Shown here in pieces: positions 45,386 through 55,074 of a stretch of DNA of 64,000 nt. Each line of letters begins with the position of its first letter. The first letter of the stretch is position 1. The notes below the pieces were generated by a model. The model was not told the DNA's origin. It saw only the letters and a list, made by a program, of their open reading frames with translations, and searched no databases. A program made the position numbers and the translations under genes. This DNA is from Bacillales bacterium UBA1744. Its GTDB lineage: Bacteria > Bacillota_I > Bacilli_A > RFN20 > CAG-826. The stretch spans positions 3,896 through 67,895 of the forward strand of contig DCHU01000082.1 in NCBI GenBank assembly GCA_002314915.1, in the 5' to 3' direction.

Positions 45386-46009
45386 TTAATGTTTCCAAAG
45401 GCTTCTGTATAAATCGGTTGCCAAGAGTTTTGATGCGGTCTTCGCTGGGAAGAACTTAGTTGCTTCCATAACCTCATTGGCGCCTAAATGCTCTTTTCTG
45501 ATGTAGTTAGCGAGCAATGCATAGTTTGCTTTTAATGTTGGAAGATCTGTCATCGCAACGTAGCTTAAGAACGCATTGAGGGCGACGTTATCGTTTGTGA
45601 TAGTCATGTATGGTTTTCTTAAGATGAATCTCTTAGAGAACATATAAACGCTCTTTTTGCCGCTTGTAGCCTTATTAGAGATGATTTCTAACTTATCTTC
45701 GACGGTTGGTCTTCTTCCTGTGATGCTATTAATAAAATTAATACCAGTATAGAAGCCAATTGCGTTCTTTCCGTTCTGAATATATCTCATCTCAATAGCA
45801 TCCATTGTGTCTGGAGCGGCTGTTTTCTGCTTGTCTGGGATGAAATAAACGCCATATGAGTATCTTCTAACAGCGCCTTCTTTTGTAAGTCTTAGAAGCT
45901 CTTGTTTAATGGCTGCCTGAGTCATTGTCTTGTCGTGAATATCAGATAAAAAGAACAACTCTAATGGTTGGTACTTTTCCTGAATTTGCGCAAGTAGTGA
46001 TTTTTTCAT
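45386..46009 (-). CDS. AbiEi/DUF6088-like winged-helix protein (type IV TA antitoxin-like), orphan
   Basis: 207 aa. N-terminal IKQELLRLTKEGAVRRYSYGVYFIP matches the AbiEi-type wHTH pattern (..L.rL.k.G.l.r...GvY..). Confidence 0.5.
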   Translation of the reverse strand: MKKSLLAQIQEKYQPLELFFLSDIHDKTMTQAAIKQELLRLTKEGAVRRYSYGVYFIPDKQKTAAPDTMDAIEMRYIQNGKNAIGFYTGINFINSITGRRPTVEDKLEIISNKATSGKKSVYMFSKRFILRKPYMTITNDNVALNAFLSYVAMTDLPTLKANYALLANYIRKEHLGANEVMEATKFFPAKTASKLLATDLYRSLWKH

Positions 46010-46085
46010 AATCGAATTATAACATAACCTATTAAAAAGGTAAAAAGATAACGAATAATTTTAAAAAAGTTCGATTAAATCTAAG

Positions 46086-46115
46086 AAAAAAGACCGCATT
46101 TTCACGCGATCTTTA
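46086..46115 (-). terminator. Terminator after pmbA
   Basis: On the minus strand: AGATCGC / GCGGTCT stem (one G-U pair), 8-nt loop, then TTTTTT. Confidence 0.5.
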
Positions 46116-46133
46116 GTGTTTTTGGTTGTTTTA

Positions 46134-47456
46134 TTACTTTCCGCCGATAGACATTGATTTGATTAAGATGTCTGAGCAGATGATCGAAGAAAGGGTAAGC
46201 TTTTCGTTATTGTCGAAGGCTGTGACTTCGTTCAACATTTTGAATAAATTGCCTGATAAAGTGATCAGAGTTAATGGTTTTGTAACCTTGCCATTTTCGA
46301 TCATGAATCCTTGTGCCTGGCAAGAGAAGTCGCCAGATCTTGCGTTCATGCCGGTTCCAAGTCCCTGGATGTCGGTGATGTAGACTCCCTCGTTAATTGG
46401 AGCGATCATTTCATCGAATGTAGCCTTGCCGCCTTTTATATAAATATTAGAGAAGGATGTAGCGAGTCTTCCTCCAGCGTATCTTCCGTTTCCGGTTGAC
46501 TCAACACCATCGATCTTTGCGGTCTCTGTGTTGTAGAGGTATGTCTTCAGAACGCCGTTCTTCACGATGTCCTTGTTTTCTTTTGCGACTCCCTCGTCAT
46601 CAAAGTAAGAGAAGAAGATGTTTGGTAATAAAGGCTTCTCTGCGATGTTGATTTTGGTTGACGCAATTTTTGTACCTAATTTTCCGGCTAAGAAACTTGA
46701 ACCTCTCTGAACTTCTTCAGCGATGGTTGAGTGGATGAAATAATTGGCGATTGATGCGAACACGCTGTTCTTCAAAACGGTTGGATATTTGCCTGAGTTG
46801 CATGAGTCTGCGCCAAACTTTGAGATAACGCCATCACATGCGTTTTTGATGAACTCGTCTTTGTTGTAGGAAGAGAGGGATGTTCCATAGGAAATCTCAT
46901 AGTTCTCCTTAACTTTATCGCCATCTTTTGCTGCAACGCCCGCATACATAATGAAGTAGTTGCCCTTGTCTTTAAGCTTTAAACCGTGTGAGTTATAGAT
47001 TTCACTAACGGTTTCCTTTTCCTCGTACTGAATTACGGTTACTTCGGAGATTCTGCTATCGTAAGCCAAAATTTCTTTCTCAAGAGAAAGAGCCATATTT
47101 ATCTTGTCTTCAATAGGGGTTTTAACCAATTCTGGGTTGTAGACGTTCTTTTTGTGATACTTTTTGCTTCCAGGGAAGATGGATGCCTCACCTTCTTTTT
47201 CGCTAATCTTAGCGGTTTTGAGGATTCCGTCGATTAAGAACTCAAAGCAACCCTTTCCAACTTTCTGTGTTGAGGATGCGCCAAGCTTTCCATTTACTAC
47301 ACCGCAAGCTTTGATTGAGATGTCATCTGAAATCTCGAATCCTTCAAGCGATCCGTGGAAGATCTGGAAACCTGTTGTTTTGCTTTGAGAGACTGTTAAT
47401 TGGCACTCTGAAATGCCATTGGCTTTAGCCAATTCAAAGAATTTTGCTACTTTCAT
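46134..47456 (-). CDS. pmbA: PmbA/TldE metalloprotease partner
   Basis: 440 aa. PmbA_TldD family without the HExxxH motif. 4-nt overlap with tldD. Confidence 0.85.
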   Translation of the reverse strand: MKVAKFFELAKANGISECQLTVSQSKTTGFQIFHGSLEGFEISDDISIKACGVVNGKLGASSTQKVGKGCFEFLIDGILKTAKISEKEGEASIFPGSKKYHKKNVYNPELVKTPIEDKINMALSLEKEILAYDSRISEVTVIQYEEKETVSEIYNSHGLKLKDKGNYFIMYAGVAAKDGDKVKENYEISYGTSLSSYNKDEFIKNACDGVISKFGADSCNSGKYPTVLKNSVFASIANYFIHSTIAEEVQRGSSFLAGKLGTKIASTKINIAEKPLLPNIFFSYFDDEGVAKENKDIVKNGVLKTYLYNTETAKIDGVESTGNGRYAGGRLATSFSNIYIKGGKATFDEMIAPINEGVYITDIQGLGTGMNARSGDFSCQAQGFMIENGKVTKPLTLITLSGNLFKMLNEVTAFDNNEKLTLSSIICSDILIKSMSIGGK

Positions 47457-48859
47457 TCCAATTTGCCTCCTCTTCCGCCAACGGTGATTGCGGAAATTCT
47501 AAGTGTTGGCTGTCCAACGTTTACAGGAACCATACCTGAAGATGCGCCACAGTTGCCCTGTCCTAAGTCGACGTCATTTCCAACTCTATCGATGTTCATC
47601 AAGACTTCGCTTCCGCTTCCGATTAAGGTGCAACCTCTAACCGGTTCGCAGATTTTGCCGTCTCTAATGATATAAGCTTCGCTTGCGGAAAAGTTGAATT
47701 CGCCAGTCATTGGGTTGACCGACCCTCCGCCGAAGTTGTTGACATAGATGCCAAGTTTTGTGTCTTTGACAATCTGTTCTGGGTCATCTTTGCCCGCTGC
47801 AATGTATGTGTTGGACATTCTGCTTGTTGGGGCATATTTGTAGCTTTCTCTTCTACATGTTCCGTTTGGTTCCATGCCAAGTCTTCTTCCGTTGAGTCTA
47901 TCGACCATGAATCCTGTGCAGATACCGTTCTTGATCAGACAATTCTTGTGTGTTTTGACACCTTCGGAGTCAATGCTGTTCGAACCCCATTCATTTGGAA
48001 TCGTTCCATCGTCGTATGCTGTGACCAATTTCGAAGCGATTTGCTTTCCGATTGATTCTGAGAATACTGACTGCTTCTTTGCTGTTGCGGATGCCTCTAA
48101 TGGGTGTCCGCATGCCTCATGGAACAAGACGCCTCCCCAGCCGTTTGTGATAACGACAGGATATACACCTGAAGGGCACTCGCCTGCGCTTAGGTTCTGG
48201 ATTGCGACTTCGGCCGCTCTCCGAGATTTGGCCTTGTAATCAAGTTCCTTGAACCAATGCCATCCATCAGATCTTCCAGGAGCAACGCCTCCGGTTTCGA
48301 TCTTTCCGTCTTCACCAGCAGCTAAAGCTGCAACATACAAACGTCCACGTTCTTCTGTGTTAACGATTTGGGATGCAACAGGTCCCTCGGCATTAAATAA
48401 CTCCCAATTGCGGTGTGAGTTACCAAATGACGCCATAACACGGACGATTCTTGGGTCAACCGATTGGGCCTCCGCTGTGCATTCTTTTAAGAGCGCGATC
48501 TTTTCCTCGACTGGAACATCGATTAAGTGATCATCAATTTTATTGATGTTGTTAACTCTCTTTTTTGCGATTTTCTCGACTGTGATTTTTCTAATTCCGC
48601 TATAGCTTGCCGCTAATGAGTGGGCTAGATTCATCAAGCTTGTCTGGGTGGTGTCGCTTGTGTATCCGTAAACCGATTTAAATTCGTTTAAGATACGGAT
48701 TCCAACGCCATATGTTTTTGATTCGTTGGAGCTGTTGACCTTTCCGTTCTCTAATTCAACGGACTGGTTTGTTGTCTCCTCAACGTAAATCTCGGCGTAA
48801 TCTCCACCTGTGGACAAGCATTCATTCAAGACTTTAAGTGCTAAAGATTTTGAAATCAT
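47453..48859 (-). CDS. tldD: TldD metalloprotease
   Basis: 468 aa. HEACGHPLE (HExxxH) and the GxC metal-site context. Confidence 0.9.
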   Translation of the reverse strand: MISKSLALKVLNECLSTGGDYAEIYVEETTNQSVELENGKVNSSNESKTYGVGIRILNEFKSVYGYTSDTTQTSLMNLAHSLAASYSGIRKITVEKIAKKRVNNINKIDDHLIDVPVEEKIALLKECTAEAQSVDPRIVRVMASFGNSHRNWELFNAEGPVASQIVNTEERGRLYVAALAAGEDGKIETGGVAPGRSDGWHWFKELDYKAKSRRAAEVAIQNLSAGECPSGVYPVVITNGWGGVLFHEACGHPLEASATAKKQSVFSESIGKQIASKLVTAYDDGTIPNEWGSNSIDSEGVKTHKNCLIKNGICTGFMVDRLNGRRLGMEPNGTCRRESYKYAPTSRMSNTYIAAGKDDPEQIVKDTKLGIYVNNFGGGSVNPMTGEFNFSASEAYIIRDGKICEPVRGCTLIGSGSEVLMNIDRVGNDVDLGQGNCGASSGMVPVNVGQPTLRISAITVGGRGGKLE

Positions 48860-48953
48860 GTTTTATCCTTTCTTGCCGCCTATATGACGGCTCATACGAT
48901 TGCAACACTATCACAAGAATTATCCAATTTCACCTTTTTCATTTTTTGAAATG

Positions 48954-49559
48954 ATTTATAGTAATCATATGGAATTGTTTGACTCATTCACGAGTTATTG
49001 GAAAGAGAAGCAAAAGACCCTCGATAAGAAGGGTGTTTCCTTTATTGCGTACAAAGATTCTTTTAGGCACGGAATGAGAGGATTCCTCACCGGGTCATAT
49101 TACAAAAGAGAGAGGTTAATCAAAGAGGGCGACCTCGTTTTTGGCTACACTTTTAAATGCTGGTCAGACGGGTCGAATTTCTCAAGCGATTATCCAACTT
49201 GGGTTTTGTTCTCGCCATATTTACAGGTAAGCAAAAACACAGCATTATTCGCAAAAATCAGCGGAAAACTGCAAGATTTTGCGAAACAAAATAAAGACAA
49301 AAAATACAGAAAACTCTGCAATTTAATCAACGAACCGTTGAGTGAATGCGACTATTTTGAGATACCCCCAGAGTTCACTGAGGGGGCGGTGGTTTACATG
49401 TCGATTATATACGTTCACGTTAATCAATTCGTTAACTTCAGGATGGGCGTTAATCCACTCATAATCTCAAAGGGAATATCAAAAGAAGTAATCTATCTTC
49501 CAGACTCTTATTGGCTTCCAGAATTCACAGATTTATATCACAAAAACAAACTTAATTAG
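48954..49559 (+). CDS. Hypothetical protein, no recognisable domain
   Basis: Long ORF with host-like codon usage. The start is uncertain (TTG 48900, ATG 48954 or ATG 48969), and none has a clear RBS. Confidence 0.4.
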   Translation: MYSNHMELFDSFTSYWKEKQKTLDKKGVSFIAYKDSFRHGMRGFLTGSYYKRERLIKEGDLVFGYTFKCWSDGSNFSSDYPTWVLFSPYLQVSKNTALFAKISGKLQDFAKQNKDKKYRKLCNLINEPLSECDYFEIPPEFTEGAVVYMSIIYVHVNQFVNFRMGVNPLIISKGISKEVIYLPDSYWLPEFTDLYHKNKLN

Positions 49560-49569
49560 AGGGAATGTT

Positions 49570-50160
49570 ATGGCAACACTTTTCTATCAAGGACATGCAT
49601 CGTTTAGGATTACCGCAAACAACGGAACGGTTATCTTCATCGACCCATATGAAGGGGTTGGCTACAAGACTCCAGCCAACCTTGTTCTGATATCTCATGA
49701 ACACTATGACCACAACGACATCAACAAGATAATTCCCGCCGATAGATGTGTGGTTGTTAGATCCAAAGACGCTTTAATAAACGGAACTTACTACTCGTTT
49801 GACCTGTTCGGAATCCACATCCAAGCGGTCCCAGCATATAACTCTCACCACAAAAAAGAGGAGTGCGTTGGATGGCTGATCGAAGTGGACGGAATCAAAA
49901 TCTATCACGCAGGTGACACGGACTTCATCCCAGAAATGGCAGATCTCGCAAAAGAGAACATCGACTACGCTTTATTGCCGATCGACGGATTCTATACGAT
50001 GAGTCCGATGGATGCCGCAAAAGCAGCGGAAGTCATGAATGTTAAACACCTTATTCCAATGCACTGCAAACCGGGCTTAATCTGGGATATTAGACAGGTT
50101 ATGCAAGTCCATTCCGACAAAGCGATGCTTGTTAGACCGAACGACAACATCGAACTTTAG
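49570..50160 (+). CDS. MBL-fold metal-dependent hydrolase (UPF0173-like)
   Basis: 196 aa. HEHYDH metallo-beta-lactamase motif and a downstream HAGDT. Confidence 0.8.
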   Translation: MATLFYQGHASFRITANNGTVIFIDPYEGVGYKTPANLVLISHEHYDHNDINKIIPADRCVVVRSKDALINGTYYSFDLFGIHIQAVPAYNSHHKKEECVGWLIEVDGIKIYHAGDTDFIPEMADLAKENIDYALLPIDGFYTMSPMDAAKAAEVMNVKHLIPMHCKPGLIWDIRQVMQVHSDKAMLVRPNDNIEL

Positions 50161-50306
50161 ATACATTGACGAGATTTTTTCATCCTCCTAAAAGGAAATA
50201 GTAAAGATTTAATCGGTTTTTCCTTGCGTAAGAGGGTGTGAACGGATAATATATCAGCCGTAACTCTCTTTGTGGGGTAAACCACAAGGCGAAAGGAGTA
50301 TTGAAA

Positions 50307-50516
50307 ATGAAGAAAGACATCCACCCAAAGTACCACAAGATCACAGTCACATGCGTCAGCTGTGGTGCAACATTCGAAACCGGCTCAACCTTAAGCGAAA
50401 TCAAGGTTGATACCTGCTCAAAGTGCCACCCATTCTACACAGGCAAGCAGCGTAACGTTTCAACAGACGGCCGTATCGACAAGTTCAACAAGAAACTTGC
50501 AAAAGCTGGAAAGTAA
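50307..50516 (+). CDS. rpmE: 50S ribosomal protein L31, zinc-binding type A
   Basis: [20 protein letters not shown]...[10 protein letters not shown] with both CxxC pairs. ATG at 50307 after AAAGGAG. Confidence 0.95.
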   Translation: MKKDIHPKYHKITVTCVSCGATFETGSTLSEIKVDTCSKCHPFYTGKQRNVSTDGRIDKFNKKLAKAGK

Positions 50517-50533
50517 TAACGGGTCCAACATAC

Positions 50534-50558
50534 AGCCACGTAAATCGTGGCTTTTTTG
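50534..50558 (+). terminator. Terminator after rpmE
   Basis: Stem AGCCACG / CGTGGCT, loop TAAAT, then TTTTTT. Confidence 0.7.
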
Positions 50559-50628
50559 TTTCTTTTATCGCATATATATGTGTTAGAATTCCACCGGACA
50601 AATATTTTGCAAGGAGGTTCCATTAGCC

Positions 50629-52236
50629 ATGAGCAAAAAATTCTATATAACTACACCTATCTATTATCCAAGCGCATCGCCACATCTTGGCCACGCTTAC
50701 TGCACAACGCTCTGCGATATTATCGCAAGAGGCAAGAGAATGAGAGGATTTGACACTTATTTCCTCACAGGCTTAGATGAGCATGGAGAAAAAATCCAAA
50801 AGAACGCAGCCGCCAAAGGAATTACACCACAGGCATTCGTAGACGGCGTTGCAGAAACATTCACATCACTCTGGAACACAATGAAGATCTCTAACGACGA
50901 CTTCATCAGAACAACCCAGGAAAGACATGTTAAGACAGTTGAAAACATCTTCTCAAGATTCGTTGAGAATGATGATGTTTACCTCTCATCTTACAAAGGT
51001 TGGTACTGTGTCCACGAGGAATCATATTGGACCGAAACCCAGGTCGGAGAAGAACATCTCTGCCCAGAATGCGGACGTCCAGTCGAAGAGAAAGAAGAAG
51101 GCGCATACTTCTTCAGATGCTCAAAGTACTTGGACAGATTACTTAAGTACTATGACGAAAATCCAACATTCATCGTCCCTCTCGGAAGAAAAGCCGAGAT
51201 GGTCAACAACTTCATCAAGCCAGGACTTAATGAACTCTGTGTCACCAGAACCACGTTTGACTGGGGAATCCCTGTGAAAGAGGCTCCAGGCCACGTCATC
51301 TATGTTTGGTTAGACGCACTGACCAACTACATCACTGCTTTAGGCTACGGTCAGGAAGACGATTCACGCTTCAAGAATTACTGGGAAGACCCAGATTGCG
51401 AAGTCGTTCACGTCATCGGTGCGGATATCACTAGATTCCACACAATCTATTGGCCAATGTTCTTGGACGCAATGAATCTCAGAAAGCCAGACAAAGTCTT
51501 TGTCCACGGCTTAATGATGATGAAGGATGGAAAGATGTCCAAATCAAAGGGCAACGTCATTCCAGTCCCACCACTCGTCGAGCACTACGGAGTCGACTCA
51601 GTCAGATACTATCTCGCTAGAGAAATCGTTTTCGGTCAGGATGGACAGTTCACACCAGAGCAGTTCATCGAAAGATTGAATGCAGACTTATCAAACAACT
51701 TTGGAAACCTCTTAAATAGAACAGTTTCCATGATCGCCAAGTACTATGGCGGCGCAATCCCTGAATATAAGGGTGATTTAAACGATCTCGACAAGGGATT
51801 ACACGATGTCTACAACAAGACAATCGCCGCATATGAAGTCATGTCTGATGACCTTAAGGTCACAGAGAGCTATGCATCAGTTATGGAACTCGTATCTGCC
51901 GCAAACAAATACATCGAGGAATCAGCACCTTGGGCACTCGCAAAAGACCCAGCTAAGGCAGATGAACTCGCATCATGCATGCAGCACCTCTCAAGCGTCA
52001 TCTTCCTCGCAGGCATGCTTTTAAGCCCGATCTTCGTCACAAAGAGCGAGAAGGTCTTCGATCAGTTGGGCATCCCTGCTGACAAGAGAACTTACGAAAA
52101 CGCATGCACATTCGGCGCAACAGGCGGATTGACCGTCTGCAAGGGCGAGCAGCTCTTCCCAAGACTTGATGTTGCAACAGAGGTTGAATTCATCAAGAAC
52201 TTAATGGCAGCACCAAAAGAAAAGGCAGCCGCATAA
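50629..52236 (+). CDS. metG: Methionyl-tRNA synthetase (short form, no C-terminal tRNA-binding domain)
   Basis: 535 aa. HLGH (HIGH-class) motif PHLGHAY, KMSKS, zinc knuckle CPECGRP. Confidence 0.95.
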   Translation: MSKKFYITTPIYYPSASPHLGHAYCTTLCDIIARGKRMRGFDTYFLTGLDEHGEKIQKNAAAKGITPQAFVDGVAETFTSLWNTMKISNDDFIRTTQERHVKTVENIFSRFVENDDVYLSSYKGWYCVHEESYWTETQVGEEHLCPECGRPVEEKEEGAYFFRCSKYLDRLLKYYDENPTFIVPLGRKAEMVNNFIKPGLNELCVTRTTFDWGIPVKEAPGHVIYVWLDALTNYITALGYGQEDDSRFKNYWEDPDCEVVHVIGADITRFHTIYWPMFLDAMNLRKPDKVFVHGLMMMKDGKMSKSKGNVIPVPPLVEHYGVDSVRYYLAREIVFGQDGQFTPEQFIERLNADLSNNFGNLLNRTVSMIAKYYGGAIPEYKGDLNDLDKGLHDVYNKTIAAYEVMSDDLKVTESYASVMELVSAANKYIEESAPWALAKDPAKADELASCMQHLSSVIFLAGMLLSPIFVTKSEKVFDQLGIPADKRTYENACTFGATGGLTVCKGEQLFPRLDVATEVEFIKNLMAAPKEKAAA

Positions 52237-52240
52237 AACA

Positions 52241-53605
52241 ATGAACAACCCAAAAGACACTGAAATCATCAAGACAATTTGCTTAGACCTTTCTTATGAA
52301 GGTAAAGGCGTGTGCCGTGATGGGGATAGAGTCGTGTTCGTCACAGGAATGTTTCCTGGAGACGAAGGCGATGTCGAAATCCTCTATAAGAAGAACGGTG
52401 TCTTTTTTGGTCGTATAAAAAAGTTAGATAAACTATCAGAGAATAGAATCAAGTCTGTGTGCAAAGTGTGCACCGCTTGCGGTGGATGCTCATTCCAGGC
52501 ATATAGATACGATGCTCAGTTAGAGTACAAGCAAAAACTTGTCTCTGAGCAGTTCCGCAAAGTCGGACACATGGTTGTGGATGTACTTCCAACCCTTGGA
52601 ATGAAAGATCCGTATCACTACAGAAACAAGGTCCAGGTTCCTTTCGGTTGGGATCAGTGGCACCAGAACATCATTTATGGTTTCTATAAAGAAGGAACTC
52701 ACTACATCGTTAAAAATGATGATTGCTCAATCGAAGATAAACTTGGAAACAAGATAGTCTCTGAATTGTGCAAGATCATGAACGAACTTCAAATCGACCC
52801 ATATGTTGAAAAGACGGGCGAAGGATATATTAGACACGCGTTGGTAAGAACGAGCAAACATTTCGACCAGAACATGTTGGTCATCGTTTCCAAATCACCA
52901 TATTTCCCAAGAAAAGATAAACTCGTTGAACTTGTAAGAGAACGACTCCCAGAAGTCACGACGATTGTAGAAAACATCAACCCGGATAAGACCAACGTAA
53001 TCCTCGGAGATAAAGAGAAGATTATGTGGGGTAGAGGATATATCGAAGATATTCTTTGCGGAGTCAAATTCAGAATCTCTGCGAAGAGCTTCTATCAGAC
53101 AAACCCTGTCATGACTGAGATTCTTTATCAAACAGCGATGGATTTCGCCTCAATCGATCCAAATGAGGTTGTTTTCGACGCCTATTCAGGAATCGGAACG
53201 ATCGGATTGATCGCCGCGACCAAAGGCGCGAAGAACGTAACGGCAGTTGAGGTTGTATCTGAAGCTGTTAGAGACGCTGAATATAATGCGAAATCAAACA
53301 ACATCGAAAACTACACCGCGATATGTGGTGATGCGACAGAATACCTAGTCGAACAAGCCAAACTTGGCGTCAAATTCGACACCATATTCATGGATCCTCC
53401 TCGCAAAGGATCTACACCCGAGTTCATTAATGCGGTTAAGACCACTAAGCCTAATAAGATTGTGTATGTGTCATGCAACCCAAGCACGCTTGCAAGAGAC
53501 TGTGCTTTGCTTGTTGGTATGTATGAAATTAAAAAGGTCCAACCAGTGGATCTTTTCCCGCAAACCCCTCACGTTGAGTGTATCACGTTGCTCTGTCGAA
53601 AATAG
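52241..53605 (+). CDS. rlmD: 23S rRNA (uracil-C5)-methyltransferase, RlmD/RumA family
   Basis: 454 aa. TRAM-like N-terminus, Fe-S cluster cysteines CKVCTACGGCSFQ, SAM fold DAYSGIGTIG, catalytic region YVSCNP. Confidence 0.9.
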   Translation: MNNPKDTEIIKTICLDLSYEGKGVCRDGDRVVFVTGMFPGDEGDVEILYKKNGVFFGRIKKLDKLSENRIKSVCKVCTACGGCSFQAYRYDAQLEYKQKLVSEQFRKVGHMVVDVLPTLGMKDPYHYRNKVQVPFGWDQWHQNIIYGFYKEGTHYIVKNDDCSIEDKLGNKIVSELCKIMNELQIDPYVEKTGEGYIRHALVRTSKHFDQNMLVIVSKSPYFPRKDKLVELVRERLPEVTTIVENINPDKTNVILGDKEKIMWGRGYIEDILCGVKFRISAKSFYQTNPVMTEILYQTAMDFASIDPNEVVFDAYSGIGTIGLIAATKGAKNVTAVEVVSEAVRDAEYNAKSNNIENYTAICGDATEYLVEQAKLGVKFDTIFMDPPRKGSTPEFINAVKTTKPNKIVYVSCNPSTLARDCALLVGMYEIKKVQPVDLFPQTPHVECITLLCRK

Positions 53606-53829
53606 GGTGAAAACGCCAAAAAAAGCATAAAATCAAGGGTTTTGGTCAATTTGGGTTGATCAAGACTCTTTTTTCTTCTACTCTCGTTTTCGTTAAATAC
53701 CCCGAAAATCTTCGGTTTTATAGTATGAGGAAACATATCAATATTTGTACAGATACATCGCATTTATGGGAACGTAGCGGCAGATAGGATCACATTCAGT
53801 ATAATTTAATGAAAAACGATAAATAATTA

Positions 53830-53859
53830 TTGAAAAACGACTTATGATTATGATATAAA
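53830..53859 (+). promoter_or_regulatory. Candidate promoter of the DUF2975 cassette
   Basis: TTGAAA (53830-53835), 18-nt spacer, TG-extended TATAAA (53854-53859). Confidence 0.35.
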
Positions 53860-53887
53860 TTAATTGAAGTATTATAGGAGAAACATT

Positions 53888-54337
53888 ATGAAAATCGAAA
53901 AATATCTGTTTCCGTTTATCTCCGTCGTCTCAATCGCAATAGGCGTATTTTTCTGCGTTTGGTATTATCCATCAGCGCTGATTGACAGCGATCATACGAT
54001 CTACGGAACGATGCTTGCCCTGCATATTGCGCTGTCTATGCCTTGCTTCTGGATTGTCTATGTTTTTACGGATTTGTGGATCAGGTATTTGAATGGAGGA
54101 GCATTCACTCAGAGGACGTGTGCATTATTGAAGGCTTCATCCGTTGTTATGCTTGCTGATAGCGTGATGTTCGTCGCGTTGACATCTGTCGATATTGCCC
54201 TTTCGTGCATTTCAAACGTAATCGGGAATGTGGCGATATTGCTTTTCGGCCTAATGGTGTCTGCTGCGCTATTCGTCTTGAGAAATCACGTCCGCGCGGT
54301 AATCAAGGATAAGGAAGACTTGGAGGGCACGGTATGA
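53888..54337 (+). CDS. DUF2975-family membrane protein
   Basis: 149 aa from ATG 53888 (AGGAGA RBS). Four TMs and a C-terminal KEDLEGTV tail. It is paired with a YozG-type HTH, as this family usually is. Confidence 0.7.
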   Translation: MKIEKYLFPFISVVSIAIGVFFCVWYYPSALIDSDHTIYGTMLALHIALSMPCFWIVYVFTDLWIRYLNGGAFTQRTCALLKASSVVMLADSVMFVALTSVDIALSCISNVIGNVAILLFGLMVSAALFVLRNHVRAVIKDKEDLEGTV

Positions 54338-54552
54338 TTGTTGTGAATGTTGACGTGATGCTCGCAAAGAAGAAGATGAGCGTCACGGAGTTGTCGGAGA
54401 GGCTTGGCATCACAATACAGAATGTCTCGCTTTTGAAAAACGGAAAACTCAAGGCATTGAGGATATCAACCCTGGATAAGCTTTGCGAGATATTCGATTG
54501 TCAACCAAGCGATTTGCTCGAATACAGAAAGGAAGAAGAAAATGAAAAATAA
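54334..54552 (+). CDS. XRE/YozG-type helix-turn-helix transcriptional regulator
   Basis: 72 aa. VNVDVMLAKKKMSVTELSERLGITIQNVSLLKNGKLKALRISTLDKLCEIFDCQPSDLLEY. ATGA overlap with the DUF2975 gene. Confidence 0.85.
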   Translation: MIVVNVDVMLAKKKMSVTELSERLGITIQNVSLLKNGKLKALRISTLDKLCEIFDCQPSDLLEYRKEEENEK

Positions 54553-55051
54553 AGTACTACTAAAATTTGTTGGCGTTTCATTGTTGTTTTCGGCAATGTT
54601 GCTGCCTATTACATCTTGCTCATTAATAATTGGCGGAATCAAAGGCCTTACAGATAGCATTCAGGATAAATGGAATAGCAACCATGGAATAAACTTTTTC
54701 AGCAATGACTGGGAAAGGCTTTACAATACGGGCCTCGAATACGAATATGCCGCTAGACTTTACGTATTTTCTACAAATGGAACAAGCGTTAAGGAACAGT
54801 ACTTGGTTACAGAAAAGAATTCTGATTTTGAGGAAAGGTGGGATCATTGGATTAACTATATAGAAAAGCAACAAACTATAAGTGATGAGTACGATTTTTC
54901 ATTCGATGATGATTATCAATGGATGTGGTACGTTCTTAAAAAAAGTTATATGGATGATCCGGAATTTGTTAAAAAAATTTACTATTCGAGTTTACTTGCT
55001 GCATATGTTCCGTCTACAGAACGTATTTATGCAATACAAATAATAAGTTAA
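54542..55051 (+). CDS. Lipoprotein of unknown function
   Basis: 169 aa. Signal peptide with lipobox LLPITSC. Aromatic- and acidic-rich mature part. Overlaps the HTH gene by 11 nt. Confidence 0.6.
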   Translation: MKNKVLLKFVGVSLLFSAMLLPITSCSLIIGGIKGLTDSIQDKWNSNHGINFFSNDWERLYNTGLEYEYAARLYVFSTNGTSVKEQYLVTEKNSDFEERWDHWINYIEKQQTISDEYDFSFDDDYQWMWYVLKKSYMDDPEFVKKIYYSSLLAAYVPSTERIYAIQIIS

Positions 55052-55074
55052 TTCTAAGAAAGGAAATAGAGGAT

